Assembly: GCA_964291265.2 (NCBI GenBank)
Contig: OZ219747.1
Coordinates: 3,424,001-3,488,000 of the forward strand
Origin: Alphaproteobacteria bacterium
Lineage (GTDB): Bacteria > Pseudomonadota > Alphaproteobacteria > SP197
Reading direction: 5' to 3'
Length of the DNA: 64,000 nt
Notes under the pieces: generated by a model
The model's input: only the letters and a program-made list of their open reading frames with translations
Told to the model about the DNA's origin: nothing
Database searches by the model: none
Program-made: the position numbers and the translations under genes
In this document: positions 22,412-33,735 of the stretch, in pieces
How the letters are laid out: each line of letters starts with the position of its first letter
Position numbering within the stretch: position 1 is the first letter of the stretch

Positions 22412-23884
22412 TCAATGACGCAGATGCCTCAGCACCGGCGCCATGCGCTCGGCAAGGTCCTCGGCCACCAGGCCCGGCGTATCGCGCCCTCCTGCCTCGG
22501 CATGGAGCCAGCATCCCATCATGGCGGCGTCGAGAGCCCGGGTCCCCTGTGCCAGAAGCCCGCCGATGATGCCGGCCAGGACATCGCCCGAACCGGCCGT
22601 AGCCAGAAAGGGCGAACCGTTGGCGTTCACCGCCACCCTTCCGTGCGGGTCGGCAATCGTCGTGTCGGGACCCTTGAGAAGGACGACACACCCCGCCTCG
22701 GCTGCGGCGCAGGCGACATCGCGCAGGCGGTCGCCGGTCGCCTCGAAGAGTCTCCGGAATTCTCCGACGTGTGGCGTCAGAACACAGTGTTCGTGGATCG
22801 CCTCGAGGAAATCCCGGCGATACGCGCGACATGCCGTCAGGGCATCGGCATCGAGAACCAGCGGCTTCCCGCTGGCGAGTGCCGCCATCACGAGGTCGCG
22901 CGTTCCCTCACCCGTGCCCGCACCCGGTCCAAGCACTCCGGCATGGACATGTCCGGCCGCCATCAGCCCGGCGAAGTCCTCGACTCCGGCGAAGGCATGA
23001 TTCATGACCGCCGTGTGATGCGCGGCATGGGCGAGAAGGGCGGCTCGCGGCATGGCGCAGGTGACGAGACCGGCCCCGGCACGCAATCCGGCAGCCGCGG
23101 CAAGCCGTGATGCACCGCCGGACCCGAGACTTCCGCCCAACACGACGAGGTGCCCCCGTGCATGCTTGTGGGCGTCCGGCGACGGCCACGGCCAGCGGTG
23201 TCGCCACAGGGCAGGCGCATTGCAGACGATTCCCGGAGAAACCGCCGTCACGATCGCATCCCCGATGCCGATGTCCGCCACCGTCACGTCGCCGCACAGG
23301 CGTCGTCCGGGCATCAGCACGTGTCCTGGCCTGCGCCGGCAGAACGTCACGGTGGCGCGGGCCGTCACCGCATGGCCCCGGATGCCTCCGCTGTCGCCGT
23401 CCACTCCACTTGGCATGTCGACGGCGATGACGGGTGCACGAAGTCGGGCGAAGAGAGCGCCAAGAGCGGGATCGAGGTCGCGTGCAAGGCCGGCGCCGAA
23501 CAGGGCGTCCACCACGAGGTCCGCATCGTCTGCGCATGCTTCGGTCACGGGCGCGATCTCGCTTGTCCAGAGATCCGCCATCCGGCGGCTGGCGCCTGTC
23601 ATGGCATCGGGCCGCAGTGTACAGACCCGCACCGGCCACCCCCGCTCCGCGAGAATCCGCGCTGCGACGAAACCGTCTCCTCCGTTCCCTCCCGGACCGG
23701 CAAGAACCACGACCCGCCCGGACGGCAGGCGTGTCATCACGGCCTTGGCGACGGCGGCGCCGGCGCGTTCCATGAGCACATCCTCGGCAATCCCGGAGGC
23801 CACGGCACGACGCTCGGCCTCCTGCATTTCGGAGATCGTGAGAAGCGCATGCCGGAGCGCATCCTCCGGCCATGGTCCGCTCAT
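22412..23884 (-). CDS. nnr: bifunctional NAD(P)H-hydrate epimerase/dehydratase (YjeF/NnrDE)
   Basis: LMERAG, GNGGDG, DALFGAG, LTPHVGEF, ATAGSGDVLAG. Confidence 0.93.
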   Translation of the reverse strand: MSGPWPEDALRHALLTISEMQEAERRAVASGIAEDVLMERAGAAVAKAVMTRLPSGRVVVLAGPGGNGGDGFVAARILAERGWPVRVCTLRPDAMTGASRRMADLWTSEIAPVTEACADDADLVVDALFGAGLARDLDPALGALFARLRAPVIAVDMPSGVDGDSGGIRGHAVTARATVTFCRRRPGHVLMPGRRLCGDVTVADIGIGDAIVTAVSPGIVCNAPALWRHRWPWPSPDAHKHARGHLVVLGGSLGSGGASRLAAAAGLRAGAGLVTCAMPRAALLAHAAHHTAVMNHAFAGVEDFAGLMAAGHVHAGVLGPGAGTGEGTRDLVMAALASGKPLVLDADALTACRAYRRDFLEAIHEHCVLTPHVGEFRRLFEATGDRLRDVACAAAEAGCVVLLKGPDTTIADPHGRVAVNANGSPFLATAGSGDVLAGIIGGLLAQGTRALDAAMMGCWLHAEAGGRDTPGLVAEDLAERMAPVLRHLRH

Positions 23885-24558
23885 GTGCGGCCGGTGAAGA
23901 GGTCGACGCGCATGGGCTGTTCGAAGGCATGGCCGGAGGCCGTACGGGCCGCCTCGAACGCCGCCCTTGCGGCAGGCGTGTCGACCGCCTCGCGGGGAAT
24001 GGCATTGTAGCTGCGCGACGTGACCGCGTGGACGAACGCCTCGAAACTCGAAAAGGCGTAGCGGGCGACAAACCGCACGACCTGCCGAGAGAGGAAGGCG
24101 CCCGCGGTCGATGCCGTCAGCACACCCTGTGCCGCGCGCAGTTCCGCGGATTCGTCGTGAAACGGCTTCGCCAGTTCCGTGTAGCTGCCGCCTGCCTCCG
24201 GTTCGAGCACATAGAGAAAGCCGCCGGGTTTGAGAACACGCCTGGCCTCGCCGATCGCACCATTCATGAGGGCGACCGGTACGTGATGCAGGGACTTGCT
24301 GAAGATGACGCCATCGACGCAAGCATCGTCAACCGGCATCGACTCGGCGCCGGCTTCATGGAAGGAAATCGGCCCTTCCGCAAGTTCATCCCGGTTGGCG
24401 GCCGCCTGGACCGGGTCGGGTTCAAGGGCAATGACTTCGGCGCCGCGTTCGGCCAGGGCGCGGGCAAGGCCGCCCTCCCCGCACCCGGCATCGACGACAC
24501 GCTTGCCGGCCACGTCAATGAGCCGGTCCATGACGTCGATGTCGCGCTCGACGATCAT
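23881..24558 (-). CDS. class I SAM-dependent methyltransferase
   Basis: VVDAGCGEG motif I, SLHHV, RVLKPGG. Confidence 0.9.
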   Translation of the reverse strand: MIVERDIDVMDRLIDVAGKRVVDAGCGEGGLARALAERGAEVIALEPDPVQAAANRDELAEGPISFHEAGAESMPVDDACVDGVIFSKSLHHVPVALMNGAIGEARRVLKPGGFLYVLEPEAGGSYTELAKPFHDESAELRAAQGVLTASTAGAFLSRQVVRFVARYAFSSFEAFVHAVTSRSYNAIPREAVDTPAARAAFEAARTASGHAFEQPMRVDLFTGRT

Positions 24559-24594
24559 CGCACGGCCTTGCCGGGGAAGTCCCGGACGGGGAAA

Positions 24595-24671
24595 TGGTCG
24601 GAGCGGCAGGATTTGAACCTGCGACCTACGGTCCCCCAGACCGTTGCGCTACCAGGCTGCGCCACGCTCCG
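24595..24671 (-). tRNA. tRNA-Pro(GGG)
   Basis: CGGAGCGTGGCGCAG...CT-GGG-GG...GTTCAAAT...CCGACCA. Confidence 0.96.
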
Positions 24672-24689
24672 AACCGGACCCGACATAGC

Positions 24690-25043
24690 TCAGGTCGCAC
24701 TCGCCAGCAACCGCCGCACCTCTTCGAGCTCCTGCACGGCCTGGCGGATGGTCTTGTGGCCGTCGGTCTCGTGGCGGCCATGGGGTTCGACCGCCGATGA
24801 GCCGCCGAGCAGGCGCAGGGCACCTTCGATCGTGTAGCCTTCCTCATGGAGAAGACGCTTGATCCTCCTGAGGAGGTCCACGTCTTCGGGACGATAGTAT
24901 CGCCTGTTGCCGGTGCTCCTGAACGGTCTGACCTGCGGAAACTTCGACTCCCAGAACCGGAGGACGTGCGTGTCGAGCCCGAGCTCCCTTGCCACCTCGC
25001 CAATGGTACGGAACGCAGTGGCCGCCTTGCTGCCGGAATTCAT
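24690..25043 (-). CDS. MerR family transcriptional regulator
   Basis: FRTIGEVA...HVLRFWE, RRYYRP, GYTIEGA; ihfA-merR-tRNA-Pro synteny. Confidence 0.92.
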   Translation of the reverse strand: MNSGSKAATAFRTIGEVARELGLDTHVLRFWESKFPQVRPFRSTGNRRYYRPEDVDLLRRIKRLLHEEGYTIEGALRLLGGSSAVEPHGRHETDGHKTIRQAVQELEEVRRLLASAT

Positions 25044-25360
25044 GGACCGCTCGAGCCCCGGTCGGCCGGTCCCGAGGCCACCCGGTGTCTCAGACGCCGG
25101 GACGGACGAAACAGCACCACGCGCCGTTCGCTGACCGTGACCTCTTCCAGAGTCTTGAGGTTGCGGCCGATACGCGCCCTCTTGTCACGCAGGCGAAAGC
25201 TGCCGAACGTCGCGATCTTGACGTACTCGCCCCGCACCAGCGCATCGCAGACCTCGTCGATCACGAAGTCCACGACATCGGCCGACTCCCTGAACGAAAG
25301 ACCGACCTTCCGGTGAAGTCTCGTGGCGATGTCGGCTCGTGTCAAGGCCTTGCCAGGCAT
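25040..25360 (-). CDS. ihfA: integration host factor subunit alpha
   Basis: [27 protein letters not shown]; downstream of fabH. Confidence 0.9.
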   Translation of the reverse strand: MPGKALTRADIATRLHRKVGLSFRESADVVDFVIDEVCDALVRGEYVKIATFGSFRLRDKRARIGRNLKTLEEVTVSERRVVLFRPSRRLRHRVASGPADRGSSGP

Positions 25361-25441
25361 CCAGCGGTTCTCCCCTGCGTTGCTGCAACCCACTCTACCG
25401 GGACGACATGACAACTGCAACCGGTTGAAAGCCATGGCATT

Positions 25442-26452
25442 TCAACGTACCGCCTCGCCTGCTGCGGAAGCTTCCCTGCGGGATGGGGCCGACCACCTCA
25501 CGAGTGCCGCCCCCCATGTGAAACCGCCGCCCATCGCTTCGATGAGCACCAGGTCTCCGGGGGAAATGCGTCCGTCCGCCGTGGCCTCGGCAAGGGCCAG
25601 CGGAATGGACGCGGCAGAGGTGTTGGCGTGGCGGTCGATGGTGACGATGACCCTGTCGGGCGCCAGGCCAAGCTTGCGCGTCGTCGCGTCGATGATCCGG
25701 CGGTTTGCCTGATGCGGCACCAGCCAGTCCACTGCCGACGCCTCGACTCCGTTGGCCACAAGGGCCTCCTCGACGACTTGCGTCAACCTTCGCGTGGCAT
25801 GGCGAAACACCTCGCGCCCGTTCATCTTCAGATGACCGACGTGACGCGTCGCCGATGGTCCGCCGTCCACATGCAGCATGTCCCGGTAGCGGCCATCGGA
25901 ATGCAGATGGGTCGACAGAACGCCGCAGTCTCCGGCAGCCGCCTCGAGGACGACGGCGCCGGCGCCGTCCCCGAACAGCACGCAGGTGCTGCGGTCGTCC
26001 CAGTCGAGGATGCGCGAGAATGTCTCGGCGCCGACGAGCAGCACCCTGTCGGCCTGACCCAGACGAATGAAGTTGTCGGCAACGGCAAGGCCGTAGACGA
26101 ATCCCGTGCATACGGCGTGAACGTCAAAGGCAAAGCCACGGGCCATGCCGAGCAAGGCCTGGACTTGTGTGGCCGTCGCCGGAAAGGTGTAATCGGGTGT
26201 TGCCGTAGCCAGCACGATGCAGTCGATGTCGGCCACACAGAGCCCGCCCCGGGCCAGGGCCTGCCTCGCGGCATGGCAGGCAAGGTCGGAGGTCGTCTCC
26301 CCCTCGGCAGCGACATGGCGCTGCATGATGCCCGTGCGTTCGCGTATCCAGGCGTCCGAGGTGTCGAGGCGGTCGGCGAGTTCCTGATTGGTGATGCGGC
26401 GCTCGGGCAGATAGGACCCTGCGGCGACAACGGCGGACCGGCGGTCGATCAC
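25442..26452 (-). CDS. fabH: beta-ketoacyl-ACP synthase III
   Basis: [32 protein letters not shown]; GTG overlaps plsX stop. Confidence 0.95.
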   Translation of the reverse strand: MIDRRSAVVAAGSYLPERRITNQELADRLDTSDAWIRERTGIMQRHVAAEGETTSDLACHAARQALARGGLCVADIDCIVLATATPDYTFPATATQVQALLGMARGFAFDVHAVCTGFVYGLAVADNFIRLGQADRVLLVGAETFSRILDWDDRSTCVLFGDGAGAVVLEAAAGDCGVLSTHLHSDGRYRDMLHVDGGPSATRHVGHLKMNGREVFRHATRRLTQVVEEALVANGVEASAVDWLVPHQANRRIIDATTRKLGLAPDRVIVTIDRHANTSAASIPLALAEATADGRISPGDLVLIEAMGGGFTWGAALVRWSAPSRREASAAGEAVR

Positions 26453-27498
26453 TTGAAGGCGGCTCCGCCGAGCGGGATCGTCCCGTTCGCCATGTTCCGG
26501 AGATCGAGAATCACCTTGTCGTTGAATCCCTCGGTCATCATGTCCAGGGCAAAACCGATGGCGTTGGCGAAACCCCTGGCATCGGTGCCGCCGTGGCTCT
26601 TGACCGCCACGCCGTTGAGGCCGAGAAACATGCCTCCGTTGTAACGTCGGGGATCGACCCTGTTCCTGAGCGCCATCAGGGCGGGCTTGGCCAGCAGATA
26701 ACCCAGCTTGGAAAAGACGGAGCGGCGGAAGGTCGCGCGCAGGAACCCGGTGTAGAGATTGGCGGTTCCCTCGAACGTCTTGAGTGCGATGTTTCCCGAA
26801 AAACCGTCGGCGACGACGACATCGACGGTGCCTTCGGTGATGTCGTTGCCCTCGATGAAGCCGTGGAACCTGAGTGGCAGGCTGGTAGACTTGAGCATCT
26901 CGGCGGCCCGGCGGATTTCGCCATGCCCCTTTGCTTCCTCGCTGCCGACGTTGAGCAGGCCGACGGTCGGCTCGCTGAGCCCCTGGACGCTGCGCGCGAA
27001 TGCCGCCCCCATGATGGCGAACTGGACGAGATCGTCGGCGTCGCATTCGATGTTCGCGCCCAGGTCGAGCATGACCGACTGACCACGCAGTGTCGGATAG
27101 GTCGAGGCGATGGCCGGGCGGCGGATGCCCGGAAGGGTTCTCAGGACCAGCTTGGCCATCGCCATCATGGCTCCGGTGTTGCCGGCCGACACCACGCCCG
27201 CAGCCCGCCCCGAACGTACGTCGTCGATGGCCAGCTTCATGCTGGAACCCGCACCCTGGCGCAGCGCCAGGGACGGCTTCATGTCGGACTCGATCACCAC
27301 GTCCGCGGGCACGATTTCCGAGACATGGGCCAGTTTCGGAAATCGGCGCAGGATCTTTCCGATCCGGTCCGGCTTGCCGACCAGGCGAAAACGGGCATCA
27401 GGAAAGCGCTTCATGGCCATGCTGGCGCCGGCCACCACGATTCCGGGAGCCCGGTCGCCTCCCATGGCATCAAGGGCAAGGACCTTGGAAGCGGTCAT
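26449..27498 (-). CDS. plsX: phosphate acyltransferase PlsX
   Basis: DAMGGD, SAGNTGA, LDLGAN, KSHG. Confidence 0.96.
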   Translation of the reverse strand: MTASKVLALDAMGGDRAPGIVVAGASMAMKRFPDARFRLVGKPDRIGKILRRFPKLAHVSEIVPADVVIESDMKPSLALRQGAGSSMKLAIDDVRSGRAAGVVSAGNTGAMMAMAKLVLRTLPGIRRPAIASTYPTLRGQSVMLDLGANIECDADDLVQFAIMGAAFARSVQGLSEPTVGLLNVGSEEAKGHGEIRRAAEMLKSTSLPLRFHGFIEGNDITEGTVDVVVADGFSGNIALKTFEGTANLYTGFLRATFRRSVFSKLGYLLAKPALMALRNRVDPRRYNGGMFLGLNGVAVKSHGGTDARGFANAIGFALDMMTEGFNDKVILDLRNMANGTIPLGGAAFK

Positions 27499-27519
27499 CA
27501 GCGAGGCATGCAGTCGGAC

Positions 27520-27705
27520 TCAGTAAGCCTGTCGGGGTTCCGTCACCGGACGGTCACGGTAGTAGCCGCAGAACCTGCACACGTGGTGGGGAAGCTTGAT
27601 TTCACCGCAATTGGGGCATTCGACCGTACCGACGACGCCCGGGCCGCTGTGGGACCGGCGTTGACCGCGCCGGGAACGGGACACCTTCTTCTTGGGAACC
27701 GCCAT
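27520..27705 (-). CDS. rpmF: 50S ribosomal protein L32 (Zn-binding type)
   Basis: MAVPKKK, CPNC...CRFC. Confidence 0.95.
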   Translation of the reverse strand: MAVPKKKVSRSRRGQRRSHSGPGVVGTVECPNCGEIKLPHHVCRFCGYYRDRPVTEPRQAY

Positions 27706-27774
27706 GACGTGCACCCTCGACGCGCTTGGAGACCGGCGAACTCTATAATCGGGTTTTGCCGGGAGAACAACTGC

Positions 27775-28299
27775 TCAGTCATCTCCCTTGAGGGACCTCA
27801 GGACGGCGAAGGGCGACGCGTGGCGGGACTGGACGGCGACAAGGTCGCGGTCGACCTCGGCGCCCGGCTTGCGCGGCCACGGATCGAGGGCAAGCGCCAT
27901 CATTTCACAGACCGCAGCCCCGACATCGACGGTTTCATCCACAAGGGGTTCGGGCGGGTCGTCGTCGGTCACGCAAAGAAGTTCGTCGAACTCGCCGCCT
28001 GGCCTGACGTCAGGGTCGTAGATCAGGGTGAACTCCTCGTCCAGTGTGGTGTCAAGGTCGTCGAGGGTGACGACACAGGCCTGCACGACGTCGGCGCGAA
28101 CGTGGACATCGGAACGAACCTGGCGGCCGCGGCGGGTCAGCGCGACATCAGCCTGGAGACGGCGCACGGCAACGGTTCCGAGAAACCGCGCCAGGCGATC
28201 GCATTCTTCCGGCGTCGCCTCGACATGCTCGCAGAGGATGCTGCCATCACCAAGACGGCTCACGTCGAAGGACCGCGAGAAAGGGTGGACCTGCATCAA
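27775..28299 (-). CDS. DUF177/YceD family protein
   Basis: QACVVTL, LALDPWPRKPG, SPFAVL; upstream of rpmF. Confidence 0.9.
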   Translation of the reverse strand: MMQVHPFSRSFDVSRLGDGSILCEHVEATPEECDRLARFLGTVAVRRLQADVALTRRGRQVRSDVHVRADVVQACVVTLDDLDTTLDEEFTLIYDPDVRPGGEFDELLCVTDDDPPEPLVDETVDVGAAVCEMMALALDPWPRKPGAEVDRDLVAVQSRHASPFAVLRSLKGDD

Positions 28300-28850
28300 T
28301 CGTCCTCCGTGCGCGTGAAGTCGATACGGCCGGTGACCACACGATCAATCTCCATGCCGTCGAGGTGCGTCGCCTGGCGGCGCACGTAGCAGGCCAATCG
28401 ACTGACCGTCTCCGCCTCGACGGATACCGTGCCGTAGACATTCCGTTCCAGCACCTCATCGAGAGTGTCCGGCACGGCGGCCGCCAGGGCTTCGTCAAGG
28501 GCGCGGGCCCGCCCGAAATAGGCCTCTGCCATCCGCCGGACCCGCGAGCCGACCTTGAGATCGCCGACACCGGCTTCACGCAATGCCCGATCGAGATCGG
28601 CAAACACGAGGTCGAAGAGTTCCTGTGCCGCGTTGCCGCCATCGACACCGCCGGACCTCAGTCGACGCATCACGAGGAGCACATGCAACACGAGAAACTC
28701 GAAACGGCCATCGATGGTATCGGGAATGGCATGACGGCGGAAGAGGACGGGTGTGCGAGCCTGAGCCACGATGGCGTCGTGGAGGAGATGGGCGCGCTCG
28801 CTGAAACGGGAGCGATTGAAGGGGCGTCGCAGTGCTTTCCAGATGACCAT
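28296..28850 (-). CDS. ubiquinol-cytochrome c chaperone (Cbp3) family protein
   Basis: VAQAR, PDTIDGRFE, LREAGVGDL motifs; divergent from bamE. Confidence 0.88.
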   Translation of the reverse strand: MVIWKALRRPFNRSRFSERAHLLHDAIVAQARTPVLFRRHAIPDTIDGRFEFLVLHVLLVMRRLRSGGVDGGNAAQELFDLVFADLDRALREAGVGDLKVGSRVRRMAEAYFGRARALDEALAAAVPDTLDEVLERNVYGTVSVEAETVSRLACYVRRQATHLDGMEIDRVVTGRIDFTRTEDD

Positions 28851-28913
28851 GTCTGCAGGATTGACTTGCCTTGCCTTTCGTGGCCTCAATACGTCCATGA
28901 ACCGGTCCGGTCA

Positions 28914-29381
28914 ATGAAGCCCACGCGACTTGCGATCATCGCAGCTCCAGTCATCATCGCCACGGTGCTCGCGGCGTGCGAGCCGCGCGTCTCGAGGCAT
29001 GGCCAGGTGCTGGATCAGGAGACCGTGGCCGGGATCGAGCCTGGCGTTGACCACAGGACCGAGGTGACACGCAGGCTGGGTACGCCGTCGTCACGTTCGC
29101 TGTTTGGCGACGAGACGTGGTTCTACATCAGTCAGTACCGGACCACGTCCGTTCTCTCCCTTCCCGAAACCGAATCGCAGACCGTTGTCGCCATCGCCTT
29201 TGATTCGTCGGGAATCGTCGAGGAGGTCGCCATGCTGACGATCGAGGACGGCATCGTCATCGATCCCGTTTCCAGCACCACACCAACGCACGGGCGCGAC
29301 CTCGGCCTCCTCGAACAGCTGCTCGGCAACATCGGTCGCTTCGACTCTCCCGGAACCACGGCCCAGTTCCCCACGCCCTGA
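28914..29381 (+). CDS. bamE: outer membrane protein assembly factor BamE lipoprotein
   Basis: Lipobox LAAC, LGTPS, WFYIS, FDSSGIV, QLLGNIGRF. Confidence 0.88.
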   Translation: MKPTRLAIIAAPVIIATVLAACEPRVSRHGQVLDQETVAGIEPGVDHRTEVTRRLGTPSSRSLFGDETWFYISQYRTTSVLSLPETESQTVVAIAFDSSGIVEEVAMLTIEDGIVIDPVSSTTPTHGRDLGLLEQLLGNIGRFDSPGTTAQFPTP

Positions 29382-29557
29382 GCCATCCTGGCCGAAGGGA
29401 CCGCAAGGGATCCGGCGCAGGAAACCCGACCTGTTCCCGGCCGCCTGAGTCCTCTTCGGGGATCGCGGCAGCCTCCGCCCGTCCCGGCGTATCGAAGCAT
29501 CGTCGGTGACGTTCCAAGCCCTCCCCTGCCCTGCGGCCGGAAGCGGGACGACAACTC

Positions 29558-29601
29558 CGGAACGCTCGACCGCGTCCTCGGGCTGATGCTTGAGCGTTCC
29601 G
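29558..29601. terminator. stem-loop between convergent bamE and hppA
   Basis: CGGAACGCTC ... GAGCGTTCCG inverted repeat; no U-tract. Confidence 0.4.
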
Positions 29602-29612
29602 CGGTGACCGTG

Positions 29613-31694
29613 TCAGGACCAGCCGCCGAGCGTGGCAAGAAGCAGCAGGGCGACGATGTTGATGATCTTGATCATCGGATTGACCGCAGGACCTGCCGTG
29701 TCCTTGTAGGGATCGCCGACGGTGTCACCGGTCACGGCAGCATGGTGGGCCTCCGATCCCTTGCCTCCGTGATGGCCGTCCTCGATGTACTTCTTGGCAT
29801 TGTCCCAGGCCCCGCCACCCGAGGTCATGGACAGCGCCACGAAGAGCCCTGTCACGATGGTGCCCAGGAGCATCGCGCCGAGTGATGCAAAGGCCGCCAC
29901 CTCGCCCGCGATCGCCCGGATGACGAGCCACAGCAGGATCGGCGCCAGGACCGGCAGCAGCGAGGGAATGATCATCTCGCGGATAGCCGCCTTCGTCAGC
30001 ATGTCGACAGCCCGGCTGTAGTCAGGCCTCGCCGTGCCTTCCATGATGCCGGCGATCTCGCGGAACTGACGCCTGACCTCCTCCACCACGGAGCCTGCGG
30101 CGCGGCCGACCGCCTGCATCGCCAGGGAGCCGAAGAGGTAGGGCAGCAATCCGCCGATGAAGAGGCCGACCACCACGAAGGGGTCGCTGAGACGGAACGT
30201 GACGTCGAGGTCCGGGAAGTAGTGCGAGAGATCTTCGACATAGGCAGCAAACAGGACGAGCGCCGCCAGCCCGGCCGAGCCGATGGCGTAGCCCTTGGTC
30301 ACGGCCTTGGTCGTGTTGCCGACGGCATCGAGCGCATCGGTCGTCAGGCGCACATCCTCCGGCAGTTCGGCCATCTCGGCGATGCCGCCCGCATTGTCCG
30401 TGACCGGTCCGTAGGCATCGAGGGTGACCACGACTCCGGCCAGGGCCAGCATGGTGGTCACGGCGATGGCGATTCCGAACAGGCCGGCAATCAGGTAGCC
30501 AACGACGATACCGGCCGCGATGACGATCACCGGCGCGGCGGTGGCTTCCATCGACAGCGCCAGGCCCTGGATGATGTTGGTGCCGTGCCCCGTTGTCGAG
30601 GCTTTCGCGATGACCCTCACGGGCCGGTACTCTGTCGAGGTGTAGTACTCCGTGATGACGATCAGCAGGCCCGTGATGACAAGGCCGAGGATGCCGCACC
30701 AGAACATGTCCCAGCCGGTGAAGGAGGTGTCGGCGACGGTGAACTCGCTGTCGAGACCGATCACCCAGTCGGTCACCGGAATGAACAGCAGCGCGGACAT
30801 CACCGAGGTCACGATGAATCCCCTGTAGAGCGCCCACATGATGTTGCCGCCACGGCCCAGTTTCATGAAGAAGCTGCCCAGCACCGTACCCAGGATGCAG
30901 GCGCCTCCCAGGACCAGAGGGAAGACCATCATGCTCGCTTCCTGCGCTCCGTCGAAGAAGATGGTGCCGAGGAGAATGGTCGCGACGAAGGTGACGGCAT
31001 AGGTCTCGAAGAGGTCGGCGGCCATGCCGGCGCAATCGCCGACATTGTCGCCGACGTTGTCGGCAATCACGGCCGGATTGCGGGGATCGTCCTCGGGGAT
31101 GCCGGCTTCGACCTTGCCCACGAGATCGGCGCCGACATCCGCACCCTTGGTGAAGATGCCGCCGCCCAGGCGGGCAAAGATCGAAATCAGGGACCCGCCG
31201 AAGCCAAGGGCGACCAGGGCCTCGACGACCTCGCGTTGCGCCACGCCAAGCTCGAGCAGGACGAGAAAGTAGACGGCGACGCCAAGGAGGCCAAGGCCGA
31301 CAACCAGGATCCCCGTGACCGTGCCCGCATTGACGGCAACCGACAGCGCCCGCGCGAGGCTCTCGCGGGCCGCTTCGGCGGTTCTCACGTTGGCGCGCAC
31401 CGACACCAGCATTCCCGTGTAGCCCGCGGCCCCCGACAGAATGGCGCCAATGGCAAAGCCGATGGCCTGGCTGGCGCCCAGCGCCGCCAGAAGCAGCAAG
31501 AAGATCGCGACGCCAACGATGGCGACCGAGAGGTACTGCCTGTTGAGATAGGCCTGCGCGCCTTCCTGAATGGCGGCGGCAATGCCCTGCATCCGCTCGC
31601 TGCCCGCGCTCTGCGCCATGACCTTGCGGATGGCCAGCAATCCATAGAGAACTGCCACGACGCCACAGGCGATGGCAAAGTAAAGGGAATCCAT
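29613..31694 (-). CDS. hppA: membrane-bound proton-translocating pyrophosphatase (K+-independent type)
   Basis: [33 protein letters not shown]. Confidence 0.95.
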   Translation of the reverse strand: MDSLYFAIACGVVAVLYGLLAIRKVMAQSAGSERMQGIAAAIQEGAQAYLNRQYLSVAIVGVAIFLLLLAALGASQAIGFAIGAILSGAAGYTGMLVSVRANVRTAEAARESLARALSVAVNAGTVTGILVVGLGLLGVAVYFLVLLELGVAQREVVEALVALGFGGSLISIFARLGGGIFTKGADVGADLVGKVEAGIPEDDPRNPAVIADNVGDNVGDCAGMAADLFETYAVTFVATILLGTIFFDGAQEASMMVFPLVLGGACILGTVLGSFFMKLGRGGNIMWALYRGFIVTSVMSALLFIPVTDWVIGLDSEFTVADTSFTGWDMFWCGILGLVITGLLIVITEYYTSTEYRPVRVIAKASTTGHGTNIIQGLALSMEATAAPVIVIAAGIVVGYLIAGLFGIAIAVTTMLALAGVVVTLDAYGPVTDNAGGIAEMAELPEDVRLTTDALDAVGNTTKAVTKGYAIGSAGLAALVLFAAYVEDLSHYFPDLDVTFRLSDPFVVVGLFIGGLLPYLFGSLAMQAVGRAAGSVVEEVRRQFREIAGIMEGTARPDYSRAVDMLTKAAIREMIIPSLLPVLAPILLWLVIRAIAGEVAAFASLGAMLLGTIVTGLFVALSMTSGGGAWDNAKKYIEDGHHGGKGSEAHHAAVTGDTVGDPYKDTAGPAVNPMIKIINIVALLLLATLGGWS

Positions 31695-31822
31695 CGTTGC
31701 CTTGCTCCCTGACGAGAAGTCCGGCCGGAACGTTCCTGAGGCGCAGCGCCGGGTCCGGCCGTTCACCGACGCTGTCCGCGCATTCAGGAAGGAGGGCTTA
31801 TAGACAGATCACGCAGGCGAAT

Positions 31823-32836
31823 TCAACGACCCTGATCCATGGCGCCCGTCGTCAGGACGTTGTGGCGCCATCCGCGACCAACGACGTCGACCGGTGAGCC
31901 CCCATCATCGAGAAGGGTGACACCGGAACCGCTGCGGCAGCGTCCGATCGCCGTCAGGCGGGTTCCGCATCGCCGGGCGATGACGCCGGCACGGGGCATG
32001 TCGTCGGGCGCCAGGGTCACGAGGAGTTCGTAATCGTCTCCTCCCGACAGCGCCCGGTCGCGCAACGCCGGGTGACGCCGGATCGCCTGCCTGGCGGCGT
32101 CGGAGAAGGGAATGGCTCCGACGGCAAGTTCCATGGCAATTCCGGACGCGGCGGCGACATGCGATGCGTCGGCGAGAAGGCCGTCCGAGATATCGATCGC
32201 ACCGTGAACGACACCGCGCAGGGCCACGCCTGCGCAGACCCGGGGCTCCGGCAGCTGGTAGCGGGAAACCAGCCGGGCTTCGGGCGTCCCGCCGAGCCCG
32301 CGAAGGGCGCCGGTGCGCACGAGAAGCCCCAGCGCCGCATCTCCGATGGTTCCCGTAACAGCAACGACGTCTCCATCGCTCGCCCGTTCCCTGGCGAAGG
32401 ACATCCCGGAAGGAACCTCGCCGAAGGCCGTGATCGACAAGGTCAGGAGGCCGCGCTCCGCCGCCACGGTATCACCACCGAGAAGAGTCACCCCGTACTC
32501 CTCCTGATCACGTTCCAGCCCGCGGGCGAATCCCTCGAGCCATCCCTGCCCTCGCCGCCCGTCCGACGCGAGCCCGAGGAGATAGGCGCACGGTTGTGCT
32601 CCCATGGCGGCAAGGTCCGAGAGATTGGTCCGAAGCAGCTTGCGGGCGACGAGGTCCGCCGGATCATCCGCGAGGAAGTGAACCCCCTCGACCATCATGT
32701 CCTTGGTGACCGCCAGGTCCATGCCGGGCGGCACGCTCAGCGCCGCTCCGTCATCGGCAAGACCACGCGCCCCGGGATGGTGGGCGAGAGGCGCCATCAC
32801 CTTGCGAATGAAGGTGAATTCGTCCGCGTCGTTCAC
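31823..32836 (-). CDS. thiL: thiamine-phosphate kinase
   Basis: EGVHF, NLSDLAAMG, GGDT, DISDG, GGDDYEL. Confidence 0.95.
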   Translation of the reverse strand: MNDADEFTFIRKVMAPLAHHPGARGLADDGAALSVPPGMDLAVTKDMMVEGVHFLADDPADLVARKLLRTNLSDLAAMGAQPCAYLLGLASDGRRGQGWLEGFARGLERDQEEYGVTLLGGDTVAAERGLLTLSITAFGEVPSGMSFARERASDGDVVAVTGTIGDAALGLLVRTGALRGLGGTPEARLVSRYQLPEPRVCAGVALRGVVHGAIDISDGLLADASHVAAASGIAMELAVGAIPFSDAARQAIRRHPALRDRALSGGDDYELLVTLAPDDMPRAGVIARRCGTRLTAIGRCRSGSGVTLLDDGGSPVDVVGRGWRHNVLTTGAMDQGR

Positions 32837-33291
32837 GGGTTGAATTCCGCGGCCCGCAAGCGGCGTGCCAGGCGATCGAGAACGGCATTGATCATGCCCG
32901 GTTCGCCGCGGTCCCAGAAGGCATGGGCGATATCGACATAGTCGCTGATGACCACGCGGGCAGGCGCCTCGCTGCTGACGAGGAGTTCCCCGGCACCGGC
33001 GCGCAGGACGGCCCGCATCAGGCTCTCCAGACGGGCCGTTGTCCAGCTGGACGCCAGGGCATCATCGATCATGCGGTCGAGAGTCTCCCGGTTGTCCGTC
33101 GCGCCCCTTGCGACCGACGTCACGAGACGCCTGTCGGCAGGAAGGCTGAGCCCGCTCTCGTCGAGGACCGCGCCCTGGGCGCACGCTGCGGCGATCACGT
33201 CGTCGACCGGCGCCGCGCTGCGGTCGATTTCATAGAGGACCTGGACAGCGGCAAGCCGGGACGCACGGCGGCTGACCGCCGCGGCGTTCAT
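32833..33291 (-). CDS. nusB: transcription antitermination factor NusB
   Basis: RRASRLAAVQVLY, VVISDYV, INAVLD. Confidence 0.92.
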   Translation of the reverse strand: MNAAAVSRRASRLAAVQVLYEIDRSAAPVDDVIAAACAQGAVLDESGLSLPADRRLVTSVARGATDNRETLDRMIDDALASSWTTARLESLMRAVLRAGAGELLVSSEAPARVVISDYVDIAHAFWDRGEPGMINAVLDRLARRLRAAEFNP

Positions 33292-33728
33292 CCCGTCACG
33301 CGCAAGGTGGCGGCAAGTTCGACCATCTTGATACAGGCGACGGCCGCTTCCCTGCCCTTGTTCCGGCGCGCGGGATCGGCGCGTTCGCAGGCCTGTTCGT
33401 ATGTCTCCACCGTGAGGACGCCGAATCCGACGGGGGCGATGTAGCGGATCGCGAGATCGTTGATTCCACGCGCCACCTCGGCACAGATGTGATCGTAGTG
33501 GGAGGTCTCGCCACGAATCACGCAACCCAGCGCTAGGTATCCATCATACCGGCTGGTGGCAATCGCCATGCGCAGTCCGCCGGGAATCTCGAAGGCGCCA
33601 GACAGTTCCACACGTTCCCAGGTAGCCCCCCAGTCTTCGAGCGCCGCCGTGGCGCCGGCGGCCAGCATGTCGGTGACATCGCGATAGTAGCGGGCTTCGA
33701 GGAGCAGGATATGGGGTGCAGTCGACAT
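33288..33728 (-). CDS. ribH: 6,7-dimethyl-8-ribityllumazine synthase
   Basis: GAFEIP, GCVIRGETSHY, NKGREAA. Confidence 0.95.
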   Translation of the reverse strand: MSTAPHILLLEARYYRDVTDMLAAGATAALEDWGATWERVELSGAFEIPGGLRMAIATSRYDGYLALGCVIRGETSHYDHICAEVARGINDLAIRYIAPVGFGVLTVETYEQACERADPARRNKGREAAVACIKMVELAATLRVTG

Positions 33729-33735
33729 CGTGCTC

